From Octopus bimaculoides (lineage: Eukaryota): 64,000 nucleotides of DNA. This document shows positions 12,338-24,993 of the stretch, piece by piece. Position numbers and translations under genes: made by a program. The stretch spans positions 186,515,438 to 186,579,437 of the forward strand of contig NC_068982.1 in assembly GCF_001194135.2 (NCBI RefSeq). The letters are read 5' to 3'. The notes under the pieces were generated by a model. The model was given only the letters and a program-made list of their open reading frames with translations, was not told where the DNA came from and did no database searches. Positions within the stretch are counted from its first letter, which is position 1. Every line of letters starts with the position of its first letter.

Positions 12338-12670
12338 CCGTATTTGATAGCCTATTAGACGCACGAGTACATAGAACGCACCCTAGCCTCGGCTATACTT
12401 TTGTAAAATAAATTACCACTAAAATAATGTTTGAATTCCTCCACTTACCTGTATAACTTTATGTTATTACCGGTAATTATAAGCAATTTATTGCATCCGC
12501 ATTCGATATAAACATACTGTAGGCAATTGTTCACCAAAGATGGCAGCACACGTTTTGTAAACACACATACTGTTTTGAGCCTACATTGAGTGCTTTGGAC
12601 GCAAGGGGATCTTTTAAGCCATTTTGGAGTTTAAAAAAGGGGGGGGCGTCTTAGGGGCCATCAAATACGG
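12338..12670. mobile_element. pogo/Tigger-type MITE (333 bp)
   Basis: Imperfect TIRs ccgtatttgat...agacgc at both ends, TA flanks. Confidence 0.75.
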
Positions 12671-15003
12671 TACTTCTCATAAAATAGTTTCATTCATTGA
12701 CTCTTCTGAATTTTCAGTTACCTGGATACTCTACATTACATTCTTTGTTATTGATTACTATGTGGATTGATAGCCGCGTCCGTAAGAGGAGCTAAATGTG
12801 ATTTAAGGGATTTTAAATAGATAGATAGATAGATAAAATCTCCCTTAAATGACACCTTATTGCCTAAAAAGAAGAAAAAAATGAAGGACCTATTGAATTA
12901 TGTAGTCCTAGATACACTGTTCNNNNNNNNNNNNNNNNNNNNNNNNNNNNNNNNNNNNNNNNNNNNNNNNNNNNNNNNNNNNNNNNNNNNNNNNNNNNNN
13001 NNNNNNNNNNNNNNNNNNNNNNNNNNNNNNNNNNNNNNNNNNNNNNNNNNNNNNNNNNNNNNNNNNNNNNNNNNNNNNNNNNNNNNNNNNNNNNNNNNNN
13101 NNNNNNNNNNNNNNNNNNNNNNNNNNNNNNNNNNNNNNNNNNNNNNNNNNNNNNNNNNNNNNNNNNNNNNNNNNNNNNNNNNNNNNNNNNNNNNNNNNNN
13201 NNNNNNNNNNNNNNNNNNNNNNNNNNNNNNNNNNNNNNNNNNNNNNNNNNNNNNNNNNNNNNNNNNNNNNNNNNNNNNNNNNNNNNNNNNNNNNNNNNNN
13301 NNNNNNNNNNNNNNNNNNNNNNNNNNNNNNNNNNNNNNNNNNNNNNNNNNNNNNNNNNNNNNNNNNNNNNNNNNNNNNNNNNNNNNNNNNNNNNNNNNNN
13401 NNNNNNNNNNNNNNNNNNNNNNNNNNNNNNNNNNNNNNNNNNNNNNNNNNNNNNNNNNNNNNNNNNNNNNNNNNNNNNNNNNNNNNNNNNNGATAAAAAA
13501 TAAAGTACCAGTCATGTACTGAGGAAGGGGGTCAATGTAATTTACTAACCCCTCTTCTCAAAATTGCTGGGCTTGAATCGTACAACGGACCGGCGTCCCA
13601 TTGAGAGTGTGTTGCGATTTCAGCCCTTATTACCATGGAAACCGACGAACCGGGGCTCAAGAAAAATATTTCAAAACCATTTTCCTTACATCATCAGTTT
13701 ATATTTAAAATTCTTCTAAATTTTATCTTCAGACATTACAAAATCTTTCTCATTCGCCTCAGTATGTTCTAACGAAGACATTGTGGTTATTCCCCTTAGA
13801 CTGCTTTACTTGCAGTATGACAACGCGTGCACCCGCACACACGCATGCACACACACATATATATATACCGGGTTTTACAATAAAATCCTCTCGTATTTTA
13901 CATGGCCATTGGGTTGGGCACATGCGCGCATTTTGCAGGGTGGAGTGCAGTGGGATGGGCCCTTTTCTGAGACACTCTGGATTGAATTACGCAGTGTTTA
14001 ACAATAATGGAAAAGCTTTCATTTTTCCCATTTCTCACCTGCATATGTGTTTGTGAGTGTGTTTACGTGTGTGTATGGATGTATTTATGTGTGTGTGTGT
14101 GATTACGTGTTTGCGTGTGTGTTTGAGTCTGTGAGTGTGTGTGTGTGATTACGTGATTATGTCTCAGTGTGTGATTGCTTGTGTGTATAGATGTATTTAT
14201 GTGCATGTGTGTGTGTGTGTGCGTAGAAGGTGAATTGACAAAATCGTTACAACTTTAAAATAAATAAATAAATAAAAACTGCTTTGGTGTATCTGTTTTC
14301 GCTTTTTATATTCCGAGTTCAAATCCCATCGGAGTCGATTTTGCTTTTCATCTTCTTCAGGGTTCATAAAATAAAAATACCAGAGAAATNNNNNNNNNNN
14401 NNNNNNNNNNNNNNNNNNNNNNNNNNNNNNNNNNNNNNNNNNNNNNNNNNNNNNNNNNNNNNNNNNNNNNNNNNNNNNNNNNNNNNNNNNNNNNNNNNNN
14501 NNNNNNNNNNNNNNNNNNNNNNNNNNNNNNNNNNNNNNNNNNNNNNNNNNNNNNNNNNNNNNNNNNNNNNNNNNNNNNNNNNNNNNNNNNNNNNNNNNNN
14601 NNNNNNNNNNNNNNNNNNNNNNNNNNNNNNNNNNNNNNNNNNNNNNNNNNNNNNNNNNNNNNNNNNNNNNNNNNNNNNNNNNNNNNNNNNNNNNNNNNNN
14701 NNNNNNNNNNNNNNNNNNNNNNNNNNNNNNNNNNNNNNNNNNNNNNNNNNNNNNNNNNNNNNNNNNNNNNNNNNNNNNNNNNNNNNNNNNNNNNNNNNNN
14801 NNNNNNNNNNNNNNNNNNNNNNNNNNNNNNNNNNNNNNNNNNNNNNNNNNNNNNNNNNNNNNNNNNNNNNNNNNNNNNNNNNNNNNNNNNNNNNNNNCTG
14901 AAATTTTTTTTCGTTAGAATGGAATGTTTGAAAAACTAAACAGACATAAAATTCAGTAACACATGTGAAATATATTCACACATGCATACTTTCTAGACAT
15001 ATG

Positions 15004-15045
<42 letters not shown>

Positions 15046-15224
15046 CCCTTCCAGAACCACTCCACATACATGCATTCACACATCTATACATAAATACATA
15101 CATTCATACGTATTTATAGTGATACATTCAATGTTTGTTGTTGTGTGCCTTTGACTCATTTTTGGCGAGGAATTGGTGCATTGCCATTGTTGAAACGTTT
15201 GCCAAGTACTAACATTATATATCA

Positions 15225-15490
15225 TCAGCAGCATCATCATCATTTAGCGTCCGTTTTCCATGCTGGCATGGGTTGGACAGTTTGACCACAGTTGGCAAGC
15301 TGGAAGGCTGCACCAGACGCCAGTCTGATTTGGAATGGTTTTCTACAGCTGGATGCTCTTCCTAATGCCAACCACTCCGAGAGTGTAATGGATGTTTTAT
15401 GTGCCACCAGCACAGGTGCCATTTGCGTGACACTGGTATCTGCCACGACTGCAATTTTACTTGACTTTGATGGGTCTTCTCAAGCACAAC
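15225..15490 (-). mobile_element. SINE family C ((GAT)n-tailed) copy
   Basis: catcatcatttagcgtccgttttccatgctggcatgggttggacag...ctacagctggatgctcttcctaatgccaaccactccgagag; about 15 further copies. Confidence 0.85.
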
Positions 15491-15622
15491 ATAATATATA
15501 TATATATATATAATCATCATCATCGTCATTTAATGTCTGCTTTCCCTGCTGGCATGGGTTGAACGTCTAATAATGCCTAAAAGTTGATGAGTACCACCTC
15601 TTGATCCCCTCCATTTTCTTAT

Positions 15623-15697
<75 letters not shown>

Positions 15698-16167
15698 TCA
15701 TGCACTTTTGATGCTGATGCCACATAAAAAGCTCCCAGTCCACTCAATAAATTAGAAAGGCATCCAGCTATAGAGACAACGCCAGCACAAATAATGTCCC
15801 ACTCTTGTCAAACCGTCCAACCCATGCCAGCATGGAAAACAGACTGAATGGTCACTTGGGTGCAGTTGAGTATAGTGCTGCTCAGTTAGGCCTGACCCCG
15901 GGTTAACAACAATGGCAAATCTATGTACATGCACAGTTCTCTCCCTTATTCTGTAGCCTTAACTATTCACACACACACACACACACACACATTGACAGCA
16001 TCTCTCTTCCATTCACACACACATACATATTATTACTGTGATAATACATACTAACACATACCAGCTGTCCTTCCTCTTACACTCTATGACATTCTCCCAC
16101 TCCCTACTGCACTCTCCTCTACTCAGAAATCACATAAATATCACTCATTCTCAATGATTTCTAATGA

Positions 16168-16670
16168 CGACATCATCATCGTCGTCGTCGTCGTCATTTA
16201 ACGTCTGCTTTCCGTGCTGGCATGTGTTGGACGGTTCGACTGGGGTCTGGGAAGCCAGGAGGCTGCACTAGGTGCCAATCTGTTCTGGCAAGGTTTCTAC
16301 AGCTGGATGCCCTTCCTAATGCCAACCACTCCGAGAGTGTAGTGCATTCTTTTTACGTGCCACCGTCACGGGAGCCTGTCAGGCGCCACTGGCATCAACC
16401 ACACTTGAATGGTGCTTTTTATGTGCCACCGGCACAGGATCATTCAGCTGGCACTGGCATCAACCATGCTTGAAAGGTGCTTTTTACGTGCCAGCGGCAC
16501 AGGAGCTAGTCAGGTGGCACTGGCAATGATTGCACTCGAATGGTGCTTTTTACATGCCACTGGCACGGGATGAGTCAGGTGGCACTGGCAATGATCGCAC
16601 TCAAATGGTGCTGTTTACATGTCACCTGACGCGGGATGTGTCAGGTGGCACTGGTATCGACAGTTCAAAA
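16168..16670 (-). mobile_element. SINE family C copy with an internal array of about 65-bp units
   Basis: Family tail plus five units beginning ggtgctttttacgtgcca. Confidence 0.85.
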
Positions 16671-16835
16671 ATATTTTTCTTTTTTGTTACCTTTTCTTAT
16701 TTTCTTCCTTCTCTTGAAAAAGAGCCTCTGCTTGAAATATTAATACTTCCTCATTCACATTGCTTAATACATTGACTTTATTTTTATTTTGATATTTTTA
16801 CTCCACTTATTTGTAGGAACTATGCATTTTAGTAC

Positions 16836-16972
16836 TACTCATACTACTACTACCACAACTACCCCAACCGTGACTACAACCATCATCACCACCACCACTA
16901 CTACCACTTCTACCACCACCACCTCCATCACCACTACTACTACCATCTCCACCACTACCACTACTATTACCA
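16836..16972. repeat. Degenerate (ACY)n triplet repeat
   Basis: Direct reading; source of the poly-Thr ORF. Confidence 0.9.
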
Positions 16973-18401
16973 ATTAAGTTGCAGTTGCGCACTGGGTCAT
17001 TCTAATTGACTGGCCCCCCTCCCCTAAAATTTTGAGCCTTGTGCCTAGCATAGAAGACACTTGCCCAAGGTGCCACGCAGTGGGACTGAATCCGGAACCA
17101 TGTGGTTGATAAGCAAGCTACTTACCACACAGCCACTCCTGTGCTTATTTAGGTTACCTCCCTTTACATTCTGATTTCAAATTCCAACAATATCAAATTT
17201 ACCTTTTGTTCTTTCAGGGCTGATGAACTTAGTACCAGTCACATATTAGGGTTGATTAAATTAATTTGTATCCCTTTCCACCCATTCCTGTTCAGGTCTA
17301 AATAAACCTGTCCCCATCACTAGGAATACGTCATCTGTTTAGAAAATTATAAATGAATACGAATATTGTAAATTTAATTGAGTTCCTTTGGACCGGAAAT
17401 TGTTTTGCAGCCATTGACTTGTTTAGGTTCCAATTAAACCGAGTTTTATGATAAAGATTAATATCTTCAGCAATTATCCTCTCATTGAAATGGTAGGTTT
17501 CTTAGTGAAACAAAGTCTTATCTATCAGGGTCAAGTGTTCTGTTGGAATATGATATTTTCTGACATTCCACAATGCCAGAAAATTGTAAGGATGGAGTAT
17601 GGCTGATGGGATGGGGCTGCTTGGTACATGAAGAGTTAAATGTCAATCAGGGCTGGTTTGTTTCTAAACAACAACAACAAAAACAAGGAAACAACAACAA
17701 AAACAAGGAAACAACAGTAACAGCAAAAACATCAGCAACAGCAACAACAACAACAACTGTACCACACCTGTCGTTCTCAGCCATTCATTGCCTGTGGATA
17801 CCTTTCATCATCATCATCATCATTTAACTTCCATTGGCCATGCTGGCATAGGTAGGATGGCTTGACTAGGGCTAATAAGCTGAGGGGCTGCACCAACAGT
17901 TAAGGGTTGGCAACAACAAGGGCATCCAGCTGTGGAATATTTGCCTCAATAAAATGCATGGGAAAGTGGACATTACAATGATGTTGATGATGATGATGAT
18001 GATGATATATCTGCAGACAACCGCCTCCATTTCAGGATATTGCCGTTCATCAGTACAAAGTACCAGAGAGTCATAGTGTATTCAAACAAACGCAGTGGAG
18101 CCTCAATTTATGAATTTAATTTTGTCCAACCCATACTAGCATGGAAAGTGGACGTTAAACGATGATGATGATGATGATGAATTTGTTCCTGAAACTATTT
18201 TCCCCCGTAGGATATTCACGTGAAGGCACAGTGAATTCGAGCAGGGATGTTTCTTGAGTGAAAGTCAGAAAGCATCTGATGCTCTCCTGCCGGTATTCCC
18301 AGCTTATCGCCAACCATTGTTGCCAGCTTCTTTGTTTGTTACTTGAGACCCTCCATTTATGTTTGAAAAATTAGACGTAAACTGATTTGATTGTGATGAG
18401 A

Positions 18402-18572
18402 GGCGTAGGAGTGGCTGTGTGGTAAGTAGCTTGCTTACAAACCACATGGTTCTGGGTTCAGTCCCACTGCGTCGCACCTTGGGCAAGTGTCTTCTACTAT
18501 AGCCTCGGGCCGACCAAAGCCTTATGAGTGGATTTGGTAGGCGGAAACTGAAAAAAGCCCGTCGTATATATG

Positions 18573-18617
<45 letters not shown>

Positions 18618-18753
18618 TTGTGTGTCTGTGTTTGTCCCCCAACATCGCTCGACAACCGATGCTGGTGTGTTTACATCCCCGTAACTTAGCAGTTCGACAA
18701 AAGAGACCGATAGAATAAGTACTAGGCTTACAAATAATAAGTCCTGGGGTCAA
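18402..18753 (+). mobile_element. SINE family A copy running into a gap
   Basis: High similarity to 7178-7571. Confidence 0.9.
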
Positions 18754-19360
18754 NNNNNNNNNNNNNNNNNNNNNNNNNNNNNNNNNNNNNNNNNNNNNNN
18801 NNNNNNNNNNNNNNNNNNNNNNNNNNNNNNNNNNNNNNNNNNNNNNNNNNNNNNNNNNNNNNNNNNNNNNNNNNNNNNNNNNNNNNNNNNNNNNNNNNNN
18901 NNNNNNNNNNNNNNNNNNNNNNNNNNNNNNNNNNNNNNNNNNNNNNNNNNNNNNNNNNNNNNNNNNNNNNNNNNNNNNNNNNNNNNNNNNNNNNNNNNNN
19001 NNNNNNNNNNNNNNNNNNNNNNNNNNNNNNNNNNNNNNNNNNNNNNNNNNNNNNNNNNNNNNNNNNNNNNNNNNNNNNNNNNNNNNNNNNNNNNNNNNNN
19101 NNNNNNNNNNNNNNNNNNNNNNNNNNNNNNNNNNNNNNNNNNNNNNNNNNNNNNNNNNNNNNNNNNNNNNNNNNNNNNNNNNNNNNNNNNNNNNNNNNNN
19201 NNNNNNNNNNNNNNNNNNNNNNNNNNNNNNNNNNNNNNNNNNNNNNNNNNNNNNNNNNNNNNNNNNNNNNNNNNNNNNNNNNNNNNNNNNNNNNNNNNGT
19301 GCTCCAGCATGGCCACAGACAACTGACTGAAACAAGTAAAAGAAAAGAATAAAAGAATAT

Positions 19361-19757
19361 TCTTTTATTCTTTTCTTTTACTTGTTTCAGTCAGTTGTCT
19401 GTGGCCATGCTGGAGCACTGCCTTTAGTCGAGCAAATCGACCCCAGGACTTATTCTTTTCTAAGCCTAGTTCCATTGGTCTCCTTTGCTGAACTGCTAAG
19501 TTACGGGGACATAAACACAACAGCATCGGTTGTCAAGCGATGTCGGGGGGACAAACACAGACATACAAACATATACACACACGTACATATATACAACAGG
19601 CTTCTTTCAGTTTCCATCTACCAAATCCACTCACAAGGCTTTGGCCGGCCCGAGGCTATAGTAGAAGGGACTTGCTCAAGGTAGCATGCAGTGGGACTGA
19701 ACCCGGAACCATGTGGTTGGTAAGCAAGCTACTTACCACACAGCCACTCCTGCACCT
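19361..19757 (-). mobile_element. SINE family A full-length copy
   Basis: Reverse complement of the family consensus from head to tail. Confidence 0.9.
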
Positions 19758-20990
19758 ATATTTTACAAGAATTATAATTGGATAATTATGTTGCTGAAAA
19801 ACAGACTATGAATGTGATGAGTGAAAAATCTAAAAAAATTGTTCGTTAAAGAAAAGAAAATTAACTAAAGAAAGTAAACTGTCATATATTATCAATTCTT
19901 TTGCTTATCCAAGCAAAAAGGTTCTGGGTTTTTTTGTTTTTGTTTTTTGTTACAATAAAGAATTCACAAGGTGGGGAGGTTAAGTTACTTTCAGGCAAAC
20001 TGGTCAGTCTGTAGAGTCGTATGGAAGATCATGTATAAGAATTTAGCATACTTGGAGAGTTATATAAGAAAGAATTTAATAAGTAGAAAGATACATGAAG
20101 AAAAACAGAATTAATGGAAGCAAACTTAATGTGGCTATTTTAAGACTTTTGTTTATTTCTAAAGAACTTATAATTAAGAATTATCCAGATGTGCAAATAG
20201 AATTGTATTATAAGAAACACACATCTGTGTGTGTCTATGTATATAATAAATGTGCATATATTAGGCACAGCTGCTGCTGTGCAGTTGCAAAGCTTGCTTC
20301 CCAATCAGGTGGTCTTGGGTTCAGTTTCACTGTATGGCACCTTGGACTACAGCCTCAACCTGACTAAAGCTGTGTGCATGGATTTGATAGATAGAAACTG
20401 AAAGAAGCCCATGACATATATTTATATATCATCATCATCATTATCATCATCTAGCATCTGTTTTCCATGCTGGCATGGGTTGGACAGTTTGATAAGAGCC
20501 GAAAAGGTTAGGAGTCATACCAGATTCCATTGTCTGTTTTGCTATGGTTTCTAGGGTTGTGGTTGGTAAGCAAGCTACTTACCACACAGCCACACCTGCG
20601 CCTCCATTGTCAGTTTTGGTATCATTTCTATGGCTGGATGCCCTTTCTAATGTCAACCAATGTCCAGAGTATACTGGGTGCTTTTCCCATGGCACCAGCG
20701 CCAACAGGGTCACCAAGTAACTTGCAAGACAAAGAAAGGAACTGCTCAACTGGAAGGAGGGAGTAAAGGGAGGCTGATGGTGGTTTTGTGCCAGTTGAAT
20801 GATGGGCTTCCATACAGTTTCCATCTATAAAACTCATATACAAAGCATTGGTTGGCCCAGGGCTACAACGGAAGACACTTGCCCAAGGTGCTGTGCAGTG
20901 GGACTGAACCTGAAACCACATTGCTACAAAGCAGGATTCTTAACCGTATAGCTAATCCTGTGCTCTCTCTCTCTCTCTCTCTCTCTCCCC

Positions 20991-21041
<51 letters not shown>

Positions 21042-21049
21042 AACAAAAT

Positions 21050-21395
21050 AGCATTGGGCCTAATGGAGGCAAAGAGGCTGAGTTCCTTTTGAGCGTTGGG
21101 CCTCCCGGAGGTAATGACCAAGACCTTTGGCATTATGCCATGCTTGAGGAGAAGACCCATCAAGCTGAGCAAAATGGCAGATACTGGTGTCACGCAAATG
21201 GCACTCATGCCAGTGACATGTGAAAGCACCCATTTCACTCTTGCAGTGGTTGGCGTTAGGAAGGGCATCCAGCCATAGAAGACCATGCCAAATCATACTG
21301 GAGCCTAGTGCAGCCTTCCAGCTTACCAGCCCTGGTCAAACCGTCCAATCCATGCCAGCATGGACGTTAAATGATGGTGATGACGATGACGATGA
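21050..21395 (+). mobile_element. SINE family C copy
   Basis: ggttggcgttaggaagggcatccagc...catgccagcatggacgttaaatgatggtgatg. Confidence 0.85.
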
Positions 21396-21569
21396 AGAAG
21401 AATGGAGACTTGTACATCTTCCAAACTTATTTATTATAATATTATTCTCATTAAATTCACATTAGATGGATTGGAATCTAATGTGAATTTAATGAGAATA
21501 ATATTGTAATAAACAAATTCTGAAGATTTATAATTTCCCATTCTTCTTTATAATGTCTTGATTTATACA

Positions 21570-21604
21570 TTCTGTATTCTGTATTCTGTATTCTGTATTC
21601 TGTG
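21570..21604. repeat. (ATTCTGT)n heptamer repeat, about 5 units
   Basis: Direct reading; may be the tail of an old minus-strand LINE (unconfirmed). Confidence 0.85.
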
Positions 21605-22420
21605 AACATCAAATGAAGCGAACTCGGGATTTGTCTGTTGAGTAAAATACCAGATAATTTATCTATCTTAAAGAATCCTATAGGTTCCCTATCTTTCAGA
21701 GTGGTTTGCCAGAACCTGGATTATATCAGATTCCAAATCCCTATACTTTTACCTAATGTATATATATATATTATATTAGATGGTGGAAATGGAGAAGGCT
21801 AATTTCTTTTTGAGCATTATTTAAAAAAAAAACAAAGAGTAGAAGCCTAGCTAAAGGGAAATAACTTGGATGTAGTAGCGAAAGGAAACAGTTTAATCGT
21901 TGTTGGTGTTTCATTTCAGGTAAGGTAGAGGAGGAGGAAGATGAGAAAGATTAATACGATAGGAAAGATAAGGAAGATAAGAAAATAAATCAAAAGAAAG
22001 ATGAGATAAGATAAGAAAAGCTAAGGAAAAAAAAAAAGAAAGAATATTGGTTAACGAATTAGAAAAGGTGTAGTGGTTGGGTTTGTCTATGTGCGGAGGG
22101 ATGCCCTGTTTATGAAAGGAAGCTGTGTGTGCATAAAACGGTGAATAGTAATTAACTGTGAACGGAAAGTTGGAAGTAATTAAGTGGGAGATGTAAATTT
22201 AATGCAGGTGTATTGTTGAGGGGTTATGTTTTAAATAAGGGGAGGAGGGATATGTATAATAGCATTTTAATAAGGGGTTGGAGTAGTATTGTGATTCCCT
22301 AATTGACTCAAACCAGGCACCCCTAATGTATTATAGGAATAATATATTAGTCATACAAAGTGACAGTACTGACTTTACAAGTCTTGTACATATTCTAGCA
22401 GTCTCTTTTGCCAAACCACT

Positions 22421-22730
22421 GAGCTCATGTAAAAAGCACCTGTTCTGGTGCCATGTACAAAGCAGCCATGTCAGTGCCACATGTAAAGCACTTGTGCCAG
22501 TGCCACATGTAAACAGCGTTGTTGCTGGTACCACATAAAAAGTACCCGTGTTGGTGCCATTTAAAGAGCACTAGCGTTGGTGCCACTCTGTAAAGCGGTT
22601 GGCATGAGGAACGGCATCCGGCTGTAGAAACCCCTGCCAAAAACAGGCAACTGGAGTCTGGTGCAGCTCTCCAACCCATGCCAGCATGGAAAATGGATGT
22701 TAAATGATGATGATGATGATGATGATGATG
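22421..22730 (+). mobile_element. SINE family C copy with about six short tgcca..taaa..gc subrepeats
   Basis: Repeated gtgccac(a/g)t(g/a)(t/a)aaa motif upstream of the family core and (GAT)n tail. Confidence 0.75.
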
Positions 22731-23169
22731 TTTATGTTGCTGCTGCTGCTGATGATGATGATGAGTGTGACCTTATTTCTTTTAATTAACTATTTCCAAT
22801 TTAGGCACAAGGCCAGCACTTTGTTGGGGGAGGGGGCTTTGCCAATACAATCGACCCCAGTACTTGATTGGATTTCATCAGTTTTGAGGGAATGAATAGC
22901 AAAGTTGACTTCAATGGGATTTGAACACAAAATGTAAAGACCCACAGAACATAAAGACAGCACCTGGAATTTTTCTCAAAGCCCTAACAAACACTTCCAA
23001 TCCACCAGCCTCGTACCAAATCCCTATTTTAATACCCACCCTCCATCTTCTCCTTTATTAACGAGAGGAAGAAACTGAGTTTCATCCATTTATCCGTATA
23101 ATTCTCTCTTTCTGCTAATCCCTGCTTTCTGAAGATTATGGATTTTAAGAAAGTCTGGTATTAACCATG

Positions 23170-23530
23170 GCAGGTGTGGCTATAAGCTTGCTTCCCAACC
23201 ACATGGTTCCAGGTTCAGTCCCAGTGCATAGCACCTTGGTCAAGTGCCAGGCCAATCAAAGCCGTCTGAGTGGATTTGGTAGATGGAAACTGAAAGAAAT
23301 CTGACATGTGTGTTCGCATGTGTTTCTATTTGTCCCCTACCACTACTTGACAACTGGCGTTGGTTTGTTTACATCCCCATAACCTAGCAGTTCATCAAAG
23401 ATCCCAATAGAATAAATACCAGGCTTAAGATAATGAAAAGTAATGTCTTGGGGTTCACTCATCGAACTAAAATTTTTTAAGAAGGTGCCCCAGCATGGCC
23501 ACGGTCTAATGACTGAAATAGGTAAAAGAT
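23170..23530 (+). mobile_element. SINE family A copy (diverged)
   Basis: Alignable head, body and tail. Confidence 0.85.
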
Positions 23531-23846
23531 AGAAGAATTTTCCCATCCTCTTTTCTAATCCCTACAGTCTCCCACCCCCAGGGATGGAAATGCTCTCCTA
23601 TGAGAAATTCAGCCCTAGTATGTACTAAAAGCAAAATGGTGAAGCTAAAAGAAAAAGACGGGTTGGATAAAGTTGTAGCAGAGATGAGAATCTAGAAAAT
23701 TACTATTTGTAAATCTCACAACGAGAGATATTCAGCAACAGTACTTCGGAGTAAAGATTGTTTGCCAACATAACATGGCAGTCCTGGTTTAGGACTAATG
23801 TTGCTGTAATTTAACCCCAGGAGACATCATCTTGCCAAACAGTTAT

Positions 23847-23891
23847 TCTGTGCTGATGAAGGGAAATAACCCGGAAATTGCGATACATAGA
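23847..23891 (+). ncRNA. Minimal type I hammerhead ribozyme motif
   Basis: tctgtg-CTGATGA-agggaaataacccg-GAAA-ttgcga-TA-cataga: 6-bp stem I (one G-U), core CUGAUGA/GAAA, GGG/CCC stem II, quasi-palindromic stem III, AUA cleavage triplet. Confidence 0.7.
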
Positions 23892-24178
23892 TATTGTTTT
23901 GAGCTTGTTCAAAAATATAAGGACACAGATCATGTCGTATAGCAGCTGGAAACGATGTCTCCTGGGGCTAAATTACTGTAGCATTCATCCTAAACAAGGA
24001 CTGCCATGTTATGTTGGCAAACAAACTTTACTCCAAAGTATACTGTTGCTGAATATCTCTCGTTGTGAAATTTAAAAATAGTAATTTTCTAATTTATAGA
24101 TCAATGACTAGTTGTCACTTTGTAACCTATATATTTCGAACGGGAATTTGGCAGTGCCACCTCTAGCTGAACAATTAT

Positions 24179-24223
24179 TCTGTTCTGATGAAGGAAAATA
24201 ACCTGGAAATCGCAATACACAGA
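24179..24223 (+). ncRNA. Minimal type I hammerhead ribozyme motif, second tandem copy
   Basis: tctgtt-CTGATGA-aggaaaataacctg-GAAA-tcgcaa-TA-cacaga; core intact, one mismatch each in stems I and III. Confidence 0.65.
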
Positions 24224-24599
24224 TATTGTTTTGAGCTGAGTGGGGGTACTAGATTCCCTTGTTTGAAAATATAAGGACACAGATCGTGTCGTATAGCCAG
24301 CTGGAGACGATGTCTCCTGGGGCTAAGTTACAGCACCATTCATCCTAAACCAGGACTGCCGTGTTATGCTGGCAACCAATCTTTACTACAGATGAGAATA
24401 TGTTTGGCATTTCTGTAAATAAAAGAGAGAAGGAATTGGTCAGAATTTGGTTAAGTTGGAATATCCAGAGAGCAAGGTAATTCTATTAAGACTGATAGGT
24501 TTGTGTTACTTTTGATGTTGACAGCTTATTAAGAAAGAAGGTAAGACATTTGATTAGGTTGGAGACGAGAGTAGTAGTAGTGGTGGTGGTGGTGGTGGT

Positions 24600-24782
24600 A
24601 TTTTTTACTTGTTTCAGCCATTTGACTGTGGCCATGCTGGAGTATCACCTTGGATTTTAGTCAAATGAATTGACCTCAGTATTTATTATATATATATTTC
24701 AAAGTTAGGTACTTATTTTATCTGTCTCTTTTGCTGAACTGTTAAGTTACAGGGATGTAAACACACCAACACCAGTTGTCAA

Positions 24783-24829
<47 letters not shown>

Positions 24830-24993
24830 ATAGGCTTCTTTCAGTTTCTGTCTACAAAATCCACTCACAAGGCTTTAATCAGCCCAAGGCTATAGTAGAA
24901 GACACTTTCCCAAGGTGCCACGCAGTGGGACTGAACCCAGAACCATGTGGTTGGGAAGCAAGCTTCTAACCGCAACAACCACTCCTGCACCTA
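24600..24993 (-). mobile_element. SINE family A copy
   Basis: Reverse complement of consensus with internal (CA)n. Confidence 0.9.

Larger units (their letters stand above)
23694..24392 (+). mobile_element. Family H cluster: inverted partial copy, truncated direct copy and full direct copy (Penelope pLTR/retrozyme-like)
   Basis: 23694-23833 is inverted relative to about 23945-24091; 23835-24033 and 24130-24392 are direct repeats, each with a hammerhead motif. Confidence 0.75.

Noticed and set aside
16345-16670. Regularly spaced repeats as a possible CRISPR array
   Set aside because: Units are contiguous and diverged with no unique spacers, and the context is eukaryotic
18025-18055. Minus-strand CTGATGA...GAAA spacing
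   Set aside because: No stem I or stem III pairing and no NUH triplet
21905-21925. tttcag|gtaagg, a possible recursive splice site or exon 1 donor ending in ISG
   Set aside because: Weak pyrimidine tract; the upstream frame has a nearby stop and no similarity to PP1 regulators
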